Origin: Candidatus Omnitrophota bacterium
GTDB taxonomy: Bacteria > Omnitrophota > Gorgyraeia > Zapsychrales > JANLHA01
Direction: 5' to 3'
Assembly: GCA_029560465.1 (NCBI GenBank)
Contig: JAKQKX010000016.1
Location: forward strand, 71,178 to 135,177
DNA length: 64,000 bases
Below, piece by piece: positions 46,596 through 55,004 of this stretch. The notes below the pieces were generated by a model, which searched no databases, was not told the origin of the DNA, and was given only the letters and a program-made list of their open reading frames with translations. Position 1 is the stretch's first letter. Each line of letters begins with the position of its first letter. The position numbers and the translations under genes are program-made.

Positions 46596-47411
46596 GGAGG
46601 GGGAATCGTCACATGAGGACATCATTCCAAAGTTAAGGGCCAATATTTTCAAAATTATATTCGCTTTCGGCGTCTGGGTGTCCATTTTATTAATTTTATT
46701 ATTTGGGGTGACAGGAAAACCGCGGTGGGACGTTTTGAGGTCCTTAAGGATTACTCAGCCCGGAGGTATTTCGCGGTGCGCACTTCCAAGCGGTTCGGGT
46801 AAACTGTTTGAAGAACTGAATCTTACGGAACTTGGCGGGCGGGTCAATGTTGGGAGCAAGAAATGTGTTTTAATGGCGGAGAATTCCCCTCAGGGCGATA
46901 ATCAAGTTTTACAAAAACATGATTGTCTTGACTGGGGCTGTTGGCGTCAACCTCAAGCATCGGGCAAAGGCTTCATCGTGTGGGATTCTGTTTTCTTATT
47001 TTCTGTTTATGCCGGCATGGCTTCATGTTTTTAAATATACGGGTTTTGTGGCTCTGTTAAGGACTGCGCTTGCACTGAGCGCGGGTATGATTAATTGCAA
47101 AGAAAGTTTTTTTCAAGAAAGGGGTCAGCCTGACCATCCAAGCCCAGCATAAGGGGCCGTTATTTTAAAAGATGCGAGAACCTGCGTTTTCGTATTGAAA
47201 AGGGGCCTTTGTGCGTCCTTGTTTATGTTTTGCCATGGACGGGGATTGTTCTTGTGATTATCCATGCTTTTAAAACGGCGCATTTCCCCCCAGCGTCAGG
47301 CAGAAATCATGAAGTATGTTGGAGGGATTATTATAATTCTCCCGGGATTGGCGCTCCTTGCCAATCCCGGGTTGTTGGGTATATCGATCAAATAAACGAA
47401 AGAGAATAAAA

Positions 47412-48239
47412 ATGACTCAGCAAGATTTAATGAAAGAGCAGGACCAGCGTCTTAAGGAAAAGATGCCTAAAATTAAAAATAAATTGATCGTTATGAGCGG
47501 CAAGGGGGGCGTTGGAAAAACGTCTGTTGCGGTCAATTTGTCCTATGCCTTGGCTTCCTTTGGGCGGGAGGTGGGTCTTTTGGATGTGGATCTGCACGGG
47601 CCCAATATCGCGAAAATGTTGGGAATTGAACAGGCGTCGCTTTATACAACGGATTTGGGTATTGAGCCGGTTGAAGTCACTGCTCATTTAAAGGCGGTCA
47701 GCTTGGCTTTGACCGGAATGGATTGTGACCGGCCGGTCATCTGGCGGGGTCCGATGAAGAATTCGGCGATCCGGCAGTTTTTAAGTGATGTCAACTGGGG
47801 CGTGTTGGATTATTTAATCGTCGATTCTCCTCCGGGAACAGGGGATGAGCCCTTGAGTGTCTGTCAGTTAATTCCCGGGATGACCGGAGCGGTGATTGTG
47901 ACGACCCCCCAGGACGTGGCTGTTTTAGATGCGAGGAAGAGTGTTCTTTTCGCTAAAGAATTAAATATTCCAGTCATTGGGGTTATCGAGAACATGAGCG
48001 GTTTTATGTGCCCGCATTGCCGTCAGGAAGTTGATATTTTTAAGAGAGGCGGCGGGCAAAAAGCTGCTGAAGAATTGAATGTGCCGTTTTTAGGCAGGGT
48101 TCCTTTGGACCCGGAATTGGTGGTTTCGGCTGATAGCGGTAAGCCTTTTGTGTCTTTTAAAGGGGAATCGGCTGCGGCCAAGGCGTTTATTGAAGTTGTT
48201 AGAAAGATTGAGGCCTCGTTGTCAAAAGGAACGATTTAA
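47412..48239 (+). CDS. apbC: Mrp/NBP35 (ApbC) family Fe-S cluster carrier ATPase
   Basis: Deviant Walker A 'SGKGGVGKTS', 'CPHC' motif; ORF track start 47358 trimmed to 'MTQQDLMKEQ'. Confidence 0.8.
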   Translation: MTQQDLMKEQDQRLKEKMPKIKNKLIVMSGKGGVGKTSVAVNLSYALASFGREVGLLDVDLHGPNIAKMLGIEQASLYTTDLGIEPVEVTAHLKAVSLALTGMDCDRPVIWRGPMKNSAIRQFLSDVNWGVLDYLIVDSPPGTGDEPLSVCQLIPGMTGAVIVTTPQDVAVLDARKSVLFAKELNIPVIGVIENMSGFMCPHCRQEVDIFKRGGGQKAAEELNVPFLGRVPLDPELVVSADSGKPFVSFKGESAAAKAFIEVVRKIEASLSKGTI

Positions 48240-48241
48240 GA

Positions 48242-49018
48242 ATGAGTAAGAAGAATTTTAAATATATTTTTGGGCCAGTCCCATCCTGGCGGTTGGGTTC
48301 TTCTTTAGGGATAGACCCCGTATCCAAAGGAAGAAAAGTTTGCAGTTTTGATTGCGTTTATTGCCAGTTGGGGAAGACAGGCCTTTTTACGGATGAGCGG
48401 ATGCTTTTTGTCCCGTGTAAAGAGGTTATTAAAGAGTTGGAGTCCGTCCCGGCTTTGAACGTTGATTACATCACTTTTTCAGGCGCCTGCGAGCCAACAC
48501 TCGCAGAGAATTTTGGGGAAATGATTAAGGCCGTAAAAGGCATAAGGCGGGAAAAAATCGCTGTCTTCACCAATGCTTCTTTGTTAAGCAGGGAAGATGT
48601 CCGGGAAGATTTATTGCCGGCGGATTTCGTAATTGTGAAACTGGACGCCTCTTCCCAGGAAGTTTTGACAGCCGTCAACCGTCCTACAAAAATAATTGTT
48701 TTTGAAAATATCGTTGCTGGGATAAAGCTGTTTCGGAAAGATTACAAGGGGCGGCTGGCGTTGCAAATTATGTTTATTGAACAAAATAAGGCATACGCAC
48801 AGGATATCGCTCGAATCGCCCAGGAAATTCATCCGGATGAAGTTCAAATCAATACACCGCTGAGGCCCTCCAGGGTAAAACCGTTGTCTCAAGGAGAAAT
48901 TGACAGGATATCCCGTTATTTTGATGGACTGAATATCGTCTCGGTTTATAAAGCTCAGAGGAGGGCGGTCCAGCCGATCAGTGATGAAGAGACATTGAAA
49001 AGAAGGGGCAAGATATAA
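48242..49018 (+). CDS. radical SAM protein
   Basis: 'CSFDCVYCQ' CxxxCxxC cluster motif preceded by 'GPVPSWRLGSSLGI'; 258 aa. Confidence 0.7.
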   Translation: MSKKNFKYIFGPVPSWRLGSSLGIDPVSKGRKVCSFDCVYCQLGKTGLFTDERMLFVPCKEVIKELESVPALNVDYITFSGACEPTLAENFGEMIKAVKGIRREKIAVFTNASLLSREDVREDLLPADFVIVKLDASSQEVLTAVNRPTKIIVFENIVAGIKLFRKDYKGRLALQIMFIEQNKAYAQDIARIAQEIHPDEVQINTPLRPSRVKPLSQGEIDRISRYFDGLNIVSVYKAQRRAVQPISDEETLKRRGKI

Positions 49019-49025
49019 TTTCAAA

Positions 49026-49496
49026 ATGGAACTGTTAGATATTAAGAGATATCCTGAATCTATTTTAAGAGAAAAATGCGCGCCTGTCGCAGAGATTACG
49101 GATAAAGAAAGGCGGCTTTTTGAAGAGATGCTTTTTACCATGCGGCACTGTGCCGGAATTGGTTTAGCGGCCCCGCAAGTCGGGATTGCCCGAAATATGA
49201 TTGTCGCTGATATTGGGAAAGGGGCTGTTCAATTGGCGAATCCCTTAATTCTTTGGAGAAAAGGCGGGGACCATTTGGAGGAGGGATGTTTAAGCATCCC
49301 AGGGGTTTCGGTAAATATCGAAAGATCTTATGAGGTTGCTGTAAGCGGTTTAAATGAAAAAGGGCAAGCGGTAGAACTTAAAGCCAAAGGGCTTATGGCA
49401 AGGGTGCTTCAGCATGAAATTGACCATTTAAAAGGGAGGTTGATTGTTGATTATTTAAGCCTTTTCGAAAGGATGAAGCTGAAATTCCGCCGATGA
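49026..49496 (+). CDS. def: peptide deformylase
   Basis: Motifs 'GIGLAAPQVG', 'EGCLSIPG', 'QHEIDHLKG'. Confidence 0.9.
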   Translation: MELLDIKRYPESILREKCAPVAEITDKERRLFEEMLFTMRHCAGIGLAAPQVGIARNMIVADIGKGAVQLANPLILWRKGGDHLEEGCLSIPGVSVNIERSYEVAVSGLNEKGQAVELKAKGLMARVLQHEIDHLKGRLIVDYLSLFERMKLKFRR

Positions 49497-49549
49497 TGAC
49501 GTAAGGGGCTTAGATAAAAAAATTTTTATAGAATCCCCGGGTATTAGTC

Positions 49550-49732
49550 ATGGAGGAAAGCACGATGAATGTGTTTGTGAGGATTTTTGCTTTTATTTGT
49601 CAAATATGTCCGCTTTGTTTTGTGGCAAGGCGTTTTCCAGAATCCAAATTTGCTTTAGGCATGAAACAATTGAGTAAGATTTGTCCCTTTTGTCTTGCGT
49701 ATAAAGAAATGAAAAAAGATACAAAGAGTTAA
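49550..49732 (+). CDS. small Cys-rich hypothetical ORF
   Basis: 60 aa with 'CQICPLC' and 'CPFC' pairs; no homology assessed. Confidence 0.25.
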   Translation: MEESTMNVFVRIFAFICQICPLCFVARRFPESKFALGMKQLSKICPFCLAYKEMKKDTKS

Positions 49733-49746
49733 TAAACTAAGGAATA

Positions 49747-50610
49747 ATGATGAAAATGTTTGTCGAATGTATTCCGTGCTTTTTCAAGCAGGCGCTTGAG
49801 ATGGGACGGCTATTCACCGGGAATGAACTTATTCATAAAGAAATGATGGATGAAGTAGCGGCCTTAGTCCCGAAATTCTCCTTAGGGCTCACTCCTCCGG
49901 AAATGGCACGGGAGATGCATCAGGTCTTTGAAAAAAGGTTCGGCGGGCAAGATTTTTATAAAGGGATTAAGGACAAAAGTAACCGCAGGGCCATGGAGAT
50001 TTATCCTAAATTAAAAGAAAAGGTCGCCCGGTCTAATGACCGCTTGTTAACGGCGCTTGAACTTGCGATTGCCGGCAATGTCATTGATTATGCGGCGAAG
50101 AATACGCTTAATATTGAAGAGGAGATTCAAAAATTATTGCGGGATGATTTTGCGCCTGTAGAGAAAGGCGTGTTTGAGTACGAAGATTTTAAGAAGGATT
50201 TAGAGGTGGCAGAAACAGTGCTTTATTTGGCAGATAATGCCGGAGAGATTGTTTTTGACCGGGTTCTTATTGAAGAGTTTTGCGGTCAGAGGAAAGTTAT
50301 CTTTGCGGTTCGGGACAAGCCTGCGATCAATGATGCCCTTTTGGAAGACGCGATTTTTTGCGGGATAGACAAAGTTGCTGAGGTGATTTCTAGCGGGGTT
50401 GATGCCCCAGGAACCGTTTTAAAGTATTGTTCGCAAGAATTTTTGAGGATCTTTAATCAAGCGGATTTGATTATCAGCAAAGGCCAGGGAAATTATGAGG
50501 CTTTAAGCGAGGGGCGAGGAAGAATATATTTTTTGTTTAAGGTTAAATGCCCGGTGATTGCCCGGCATTCCGGGGCAACATTAGGGGATATTGTTTTAAG
50601 ACGGATTTAA
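49747..50610 (+). CDS. DUF89 (ARMT1-like damage-control phosphatase) family protein
   Basis: N-terminal 'ECIPCFFKQALE' and overall DUF89-like layout with conserved Asp/Asn-rich metal site 'LADNAGEIVFD'. Confidence 0.65.
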   Translation: MMKMFVECIPCFFKQALEMGRLFTGNELIHKEMMDEVAALVPKFSLGLTPPEMAREMHQVFEKRFGGQDFYKGIKDKSNRRAMEIYPKLKEKVARSNDRLLTALELAIAGNVIDYAAKNTLNIEEEIQKLLRDDFAPVEKGVFEYEDFKKDLEVAETVLYLADNAGEIVFDRVLIEEFCGQRKVIFAVRDKPAINDALLEDAIFCGIDKVAEVISSGVDAPGTVLKYCSQEFLRIFNQADLIISKGQGNYEALSEGRGRIYFLFKVKCPVIARHSGATLGDIVLRRI

Positions 50611-50869
50611 TAAATGATCGCCAGCGTCTCTTTTCGTCTTAGTCATAAACGGGGGGGGCGCGCTGCCTTTGGCGCGGGCTTTGTTCTCTTCCAACGGAGA
50701 AACTATGCGTGATGTTTCGGGGGCGCCGAAACAGGCCAGGACCTCGCGTGGATCACGAATATTGGCTGTGAGGGGACATTTTAAACCATTTAAATAATGG
50801 CGGCTCGTTATCGGCTAGTGATGATTGCGAAGGTGAGGAGATAAGTGTCGGCGATTCTTATGCAAGAAT

Positions 50870-51718
50870 ATGGAGGGTAAACTTGCCCGTCTGCGTCAAA
50901 AGAAGTTTGATTTTTCGAGGGGAGGGATCTGCATGTCAATAAAGCTCCTGGCTGAGGGCTCGACCAAGTGGGAAAGATTTATTAAACATTGGGGGATTTC
51001 CTTCTTAATCGGGGAGGACGTGCTTTTTGATACTTTTGGTGACGCGGGAGTGTTTTGGCGGAATTTGAAATGGATGAAAGTTGATGCCGACAAAATACGG
51101 CATATTATCATTTCGCATGATCATTGGGACCATTTGGCGGGGTTATGGCTTTTTTTAGAGAAAAAAAAGGATGTGACGGTTTATGTTTGTCCGGGATTCA
51201 GCCGTGAGACAAAAGAGAGAATCGCGGGCTTTGGCGTGCGTCTTGTCGAAGTCCCCGGCCCTTTGGAAATCAAAAAAGGAGTTTTTTCAACCGGCCAAAT
51301 ACGGGGAATTTACGCCGGAAAAGATATTTATGAGCAGGCCATTGTTGTTAAGACCTTTCGGGGAGCAGCGATTATCACCGGATGCGCCCATCCCGGGCTT
51401 AGCACCATCGTTGATGAGGTAAAGAAATATTTTGGTGAGACGGTATTCTTAATCGCGGGGGGGTTCCATTTGAAAGGGGCCACTCAAGAAGTTATTGAGA
51501 AAATTGTTTATACGTTAAAACTTGTCGGCGTGCAAAAAGTCGCGCCTCTTCATTGCAGCGGAGCTTTAGCGCAGGATATTTTTAAAAGGGCTTGGGGAGG
51601 ACAGGGTTATATTAGGTTGACAGCTGGAAAGGTTTTGAGGTTGGATTCGGAGGAGGAAAAAGGGGCTGATAATAAATGTGGCGCGAAAGGAACTCCCCAG
51701 GGGGCCGAAGTTCTTTAA
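50870..51718 (+). CDS. MBL-fold metallo-hydrolase
   Basis: 'ISHDHWDHLAG' HxHxDH motif; start may be the ATG at 50933. Confidence 0.7.
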   Translation: MEGKLARLRQKKFDFSRGGICMSIKLLAEGSTKWERFIKHWGISFLIGEDVLFDTFGDAGVFWRNLKWMKVDADKIRHIIISHDHWDHLAGLWLFLEKKKDVTVYVCPGFSRETKERIAGFGVRLVEVPGPLEIKKGVFSTGQIRGIYAGKDIYEQAIVVKTFRGAAIITGCAHPGLSTIVDEVKKYFGETVFLIAGGFHLKGATQEVIEKIVYTLKLVGVQKVAPLHCSGALAQDIFKRAWGGQGYIRLTAGKVLRLDSEEEKGADNKCGAKGTPQGAEVL

Positions 51719-51932
51719 ATGGTAGTTTTTCGACGGCGCTTTATTTTGTGCTGGTCGTGGCAGGTTAAGAACATGATCCAGCAGAGGCTTGCGTCTTTTT
51801 TGGTGTCGGATGCCAGGAGGAGTATGCGCAAGCACATATCGAGAAGTCCATTTTGATTCCGTTTTAGAGAATTAGGTCGAGCGAGAAAAAGGCTGGTGGT
51901 TGGTTGGAAAAGAGCTGACCGTGGTTGACGGG

Positions 51933-51981
51933 ATATAGAAAATCCCCTGAACAGCAGGGCTATTCAGGGGATTTTCTATAT
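51933..51981. terminator. 19-bp perfect inverted repeat (terminator-like), related to the 42915-42966 element
   Basis: ATATAGAAAATCCCCTGAA-cagcagggcta-TTCAGGGGATTTTCTATAT; shares the core AAAATCCCCTGAA/TTCAGGGGATTTT with the post-tRNA hairpin. Confidence 0.55.
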
Positions 51982-52114
51982 CTGGGAAAGGGGCCCTGTT
52001 CCCGTTGCCAGCGTCCTCATTTATGAACAGCGGCCTTTTGTGCTTGCGGGCCCCGAAAGGCCGCGTGATAACGGGCTGGTAAAAATTCTTGTTGTTGGGG
52101 ATTCTTGTGCTATC

Positions 52115-52136
52115 ATTATGAACAAATGTTCATAAT
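52115..52136. promoter_or_regulatory. 10-2-10 palindromic operator candidate upstream of the DUF134 gene
   Basis: ATTATGAACA-AA-TGTTCATAAT, centred ~25 nt upstream of the 52151 start codon. Confidence 0.4.
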
Positions 52137-52150
52137 AGTCAGGAGAAGCC

Positions 52151-52456
52151 ATGCGTCCTAGAAAAACAAGATGGGTCAAGTGCGCGCCGGGGGAAAGGTG
52201 CTTCCGGCCTCAATGCCGGCCTTTGCACGAACTTGAGGGAGTCTGCCTTTCGCTGGACGAGTTCGAGGCTGTGAGACTGGCGTGGTCCGAGGGGCTGCTT
52301 CAAGAAGAGGCTGCGAAAAAGATGAGAATATCTCGTCCGACATTTTCGAGGATGATCACTTCGGCCCAAAAAAAGATCGCGGACGCGTTGGTGAACATTA
52401 AGGCGATAAGGATTGAAGGCGGTTGTTGCAAGATTGTTAGAGGAGGCCAGAAATGA
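52151..52456 (+). CDS. DUF134 (UPF0251) small DNA-binding protein
   Basis: ~100 aa; N-terminal Cys-rich segment; sigma-70 region-4-like HTH 'LSLDEFEAVRLAWSEGLLQEEAAKKMRISRPTFSRMI'. Confidence 0.65.
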   Translation: MRPRKTRWVKCAPGERCFRPQCRPLHELEGVCLSLDEFEAVRLAWSEGLLQEEAAKKMRISRPTFSRMITSAQKKIADALVNIKAIRIEGGCCKIVRGGQK

Positions 52457-53166
52457 AGGAAGGGAAGAAATTTTTTTGTATTATAACGGCGTTCTGGGTG
52501 TGCTTTTATCTGGCGGTTGAAAGTCTGCGATTTACGAATGCGCTGTGGGAGGCATCAGCGCTTGTCAAATGGTACGCCCGGGAGCACGTGCTCCTTTGTT
52601 TTGTCCCAGCGTTCTTTATTGCTGGGGCCATCTCTGTTTTTGTCAGCCAAGCATCCGTCATGAAGTATTTCGGGGCCAAGGTGAATAAAATCTTTTCCTA
52701 TAGTGTCGCAGCGGTTTCCGGCACGATCCTCGCTGTTTGTTCCTGCACGGGTCTGCCTTTATTTTCTGGAATTTATAAAAGGGGAGCCGGTCTTGGGCCC
52801 GCGGTCGCCTTCCTTTATTCCGGCTCTGCTTCTGGGCAGGGCCGGGCATGAAGGCGTTATTCCTTCTCAATGGGTGGAAGCGCTGGTCGGAGGCAATTTC
52901 TTACGGGCGAACTTTTTTTATTGATCGTTGCGGCGTTTATGTATTTTGCGATGTTAACTGAGGTTCCAATTTTGCAAGGATTGATCGGTTCTGGAATGGG
53001 CAAGGGCCCCGCGTTGGCGCTTCTTTTGGCTGGGCCTGCGTTAAGTTTGCCGAGTATGCTTGTTATCCGTAGCGTCATAGGGACCAAGAAAACCGCGGTT
53101 TATGTGTGCTTGGTCGTCGTTATGGCGACGATAAACGGCATAATTTTTGGTTTTATTGTTAAATAA
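52453..53166 (+). pseudogene. DUF318/ArsP-like permease interrupted by an in-frame TGA (52849-52851); possible pseudogene or split gene
   Basis: Two same-frame ORFs (52453-52851, 52870-53166) with permease motifs 'AVCSCTGLP' and a repeated 'G.GPA(L/V)A(F/L)L' block; between them a TGA and a T7 homopolymer where alternative frames look more protein-like. Confidence 0.4.
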
Positions 53167-53177
53167 GCGAGGGGATT

Positions 53178-53951
53178 ATGGATAAAGATATTAAGAAGAT
53201 AGTTAAAGAAGGCTACGCCAAAGTAGCCAGGCAGGGGACGTCCTGCTGTTCTTCCAGTTCATGCTGTTCATCATCAAGCAGTGCCCGGGACATCAGCAAG
53301 ACTGTCGGCTATACCGAAGATGAGATGAACGCCGTTCCTGATGGTGTGAATTTAGGGCTTGGGTGCGGCAATCCAGTAGCCATCGCGTCATTAAAAGAGG
53401 GCGATGTGGTGCTTGATTTAGGAAGTGGCGCAGGGTTTGACGCTTTCCTTGCAGCCAAGAAAGTTGGCAAAACCGGGCGTGTTATCGGCGTGGACATGAC
53501 TTCGGAAATGCTGGAGAGGGCCCGGGCGAACGCTAAAAAAGGCGGTTTCGATAACGTGGAATTCCGCTCAGGTGAAATAGAGAAACTTCCGGTTGAGGAC
53601 AGCGAGATTGATGTGATCATCTCCAATTGTGTTATAAATTTATCACCGGACAAAGAGACGGTATTCAAAGAAGCGTTCAGGGTACTTAAGCCAGGAGGCC
53701 GGTTGATGGTATCGGATCTGGTGCTGGCTAAAGACTTGCCGAAACAAATAAAAGAATCAGTTGAGGCGTATGTGGGGTGTTTGGCCGGAGCGATTAGGAA
53801 AGAGGCGTATTTGCGACTCATTTCAATGGTTGGATTTCAGGATGTTAAGATCATCAGTGAATCAAGCTATCCGGTTGACGCCATGGTTAACAATTTTGAG
53901 GGTGCTCAGGACGCGGTCGTGAGCATAAAGGTTTCAGCGGTGAAAAAATAA
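53178..53951 (+). CDS. arsM: arsenite S-adenosylmethionine methyltransferase
   Basis: 'KEGYAKVA' start, Cys-rich 'TSCCSSSSCCSSSS', SAM motif 'VLDLGSGAGFDAFLAAKKVG', downstream 'ISNCVINL' cysteine. Confidence 0.8.
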   Translation: MDKDIKKIVKEGYAKVARQGTSCCSSSSCCSSSSSARDISKTVGYTEDEMNAVPDGVNLGLGCGNPVAIASLKEGDVVLDLGSGAGFDAFLAAKKVGKTGRVIGVDMTSEMLERARANAKKGGFDNVEFRSGEIEKLPVEDSEIDVIISNCVINLSPDKETVFKEAFRVLKPGGRLMVSDLVLAKDLPKQIKESVEAYVGCLAGAIRKEAYLRLISMVGFQDVKIISESSYPVDAMVNNFEGAQDAVVSIKVSAVKK

Positions 53952-53965
53952 ACTGGAGGCAAAAA

Positions 53966-54199
53966 ATGAAAATCGAGATTTTAGGAACAGGCTGTCCTAA
54001 ATGCAAACAGCTGGCCGCTAATGCAGAGGCGGCGGTGAAAAGTTTGAATATCCAAGCCGAGATTGGCAAGATTACGGATATTGACAAGATTACTGAATAC
54101 GGTGTCATGATGACGCCGGCTTTGGCGGTTGATGGCACGGTGGTTTCGGCCGGGAAAGTTTTGTCGCCTGATGAGGTTAAAAAGATCCTTTCAAAATAG
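53966..54199 (+). CDS. thioredoxin-family small protein (redox-active disulfide protein 2 type)
   Basis: 77 aa, 'GTGCPKCKQ' CxxC near the N-terminus. Confidence 0.7.
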   Translation: MKIEILGTGCPKCKQLAANAEAAVKSLNIQAEIGKITDIDKITEYGVMMTPALAVDGTVVSAGKVLSPDEVKKILSK

Positions 54200-54205
54200 G
54201 AGGCA

Positions 54206-54628
54206 TTGATGAGTGATAAATCCTGTATGTGTCAAGAAGCAGGGGTTTTAATCTTCCCGTGTTCGGGGGGATCGGATGTGGGAGAGTTGTCCGACCGTGT
54301 GGCGCGCAGGATGGCCCGGTGCGGACAGGCCAAGATGTTTTGCCTAGCCGGCGTGGGGGCGCATGTGCCGGGGATGATTGAGTCCACGAAAGCGGCTAAG
54401 AAGTTAATAGCAATTGATGGTTGTCAGGTGTTATGTTCCAAGAAAATCCTGGAACACGCGGGATTTTCTCCTGTCTCGTTTAACCTTAAAGATATGGGTT
54501 TCGAAAAAGGGAAAACGCAGATTAACGATGAAAGTATCGAAAAAACGGCATTTCAAATTTCAGGAGGGAAAGTTGAAGAAATTATTTCTGGTGGTTTTAA
54601 TAATCCTGGCGGGTGTTGCGGTAATTAG
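54206..54628 (+). CDS. DGC-domain putative zinc-binding protein
   Basis: Cys-rich 'CMCQEAGVLIFPCSGGS' and 'AIDGCQVLC' (the DGC motif). Confidence 0.6.
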   Translation: MMSDKSCMCQEAGVLIFPCSGGSDVGELSDRVARRMARCGQAKMFCLAGVGAHVPGMIESTKAAKKLIAIDGCQVLCSKKILEHAGFSPVSFNLKDMGFEKGKTQINDESIEKTAFQISGGKVEEIISGGFNNPGGCCGN

Positions 54629-55004
54629 CGCAAGCTCCTTATGCTTTGCGCAAAATAAAGAGGGGGGCACTGTTATTGTTTATTATTTTCATGGTGCGTT
54701 TCGTTGTTATACCTGCAATATGATGGAGAAATATGCTCAAGAAGCCATCGAAACTTATTTCCGGGACGACATCCTTGCTGGAAAGATAGCTTTTGTCCCG
54801 ATCAATGTGGAAGAGAAAAATAATGAACATTTTGTCCAGGATTACCAGCTCTACACAAAAGCTTTGATTTTATCTCTAGTCGAAGATGGGAAAGAAATAA
54901 AATCGAGGAATCTTCAGAAGATATGGCAGTACGCTCGCGACAAACAACAGTTCAGTGAATATGTCGTCCTGGAAATAGAGTCCTTCAGGGAGGGGGCGCG
55001 ATGA
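54528..55004 (+). CDS. secreted CxxC protein (thioredoxin-fold suspected)
   Basis: Signal peptide 'LFLVVLIILAGVAVISASSLCFA'; 'FHGAFRCYTCNMM' CxxC; start uncertain (ATG 54528 overlapping the DGC gene, or a TTG ~54581 after GGAGGG). Confidence 0.4.
   Translation: MKVSKKRHFKFQEGKLKKLFLVVLIILAGVAVISASSLCFAQNKEGGTVIVYYFHGAFRCYTCNMMEKYAQEAIETYFRDDILAGKIAFVPINVEEKNNEHFVQDYQLYTKALILSLVEDGKEIKSRNLQKIWQYARDKQQFSEYVVLEIESFREGAR

Noticed and set aside
52849-52851. In-frame TGA in the ArsP-like permease as a possible selenocysteine codon
   Set aside because: No SECIS-like hairpin immediately downstream, no sel genes in the window, and the flanking sequence fits a frameshift better than a Sec site.
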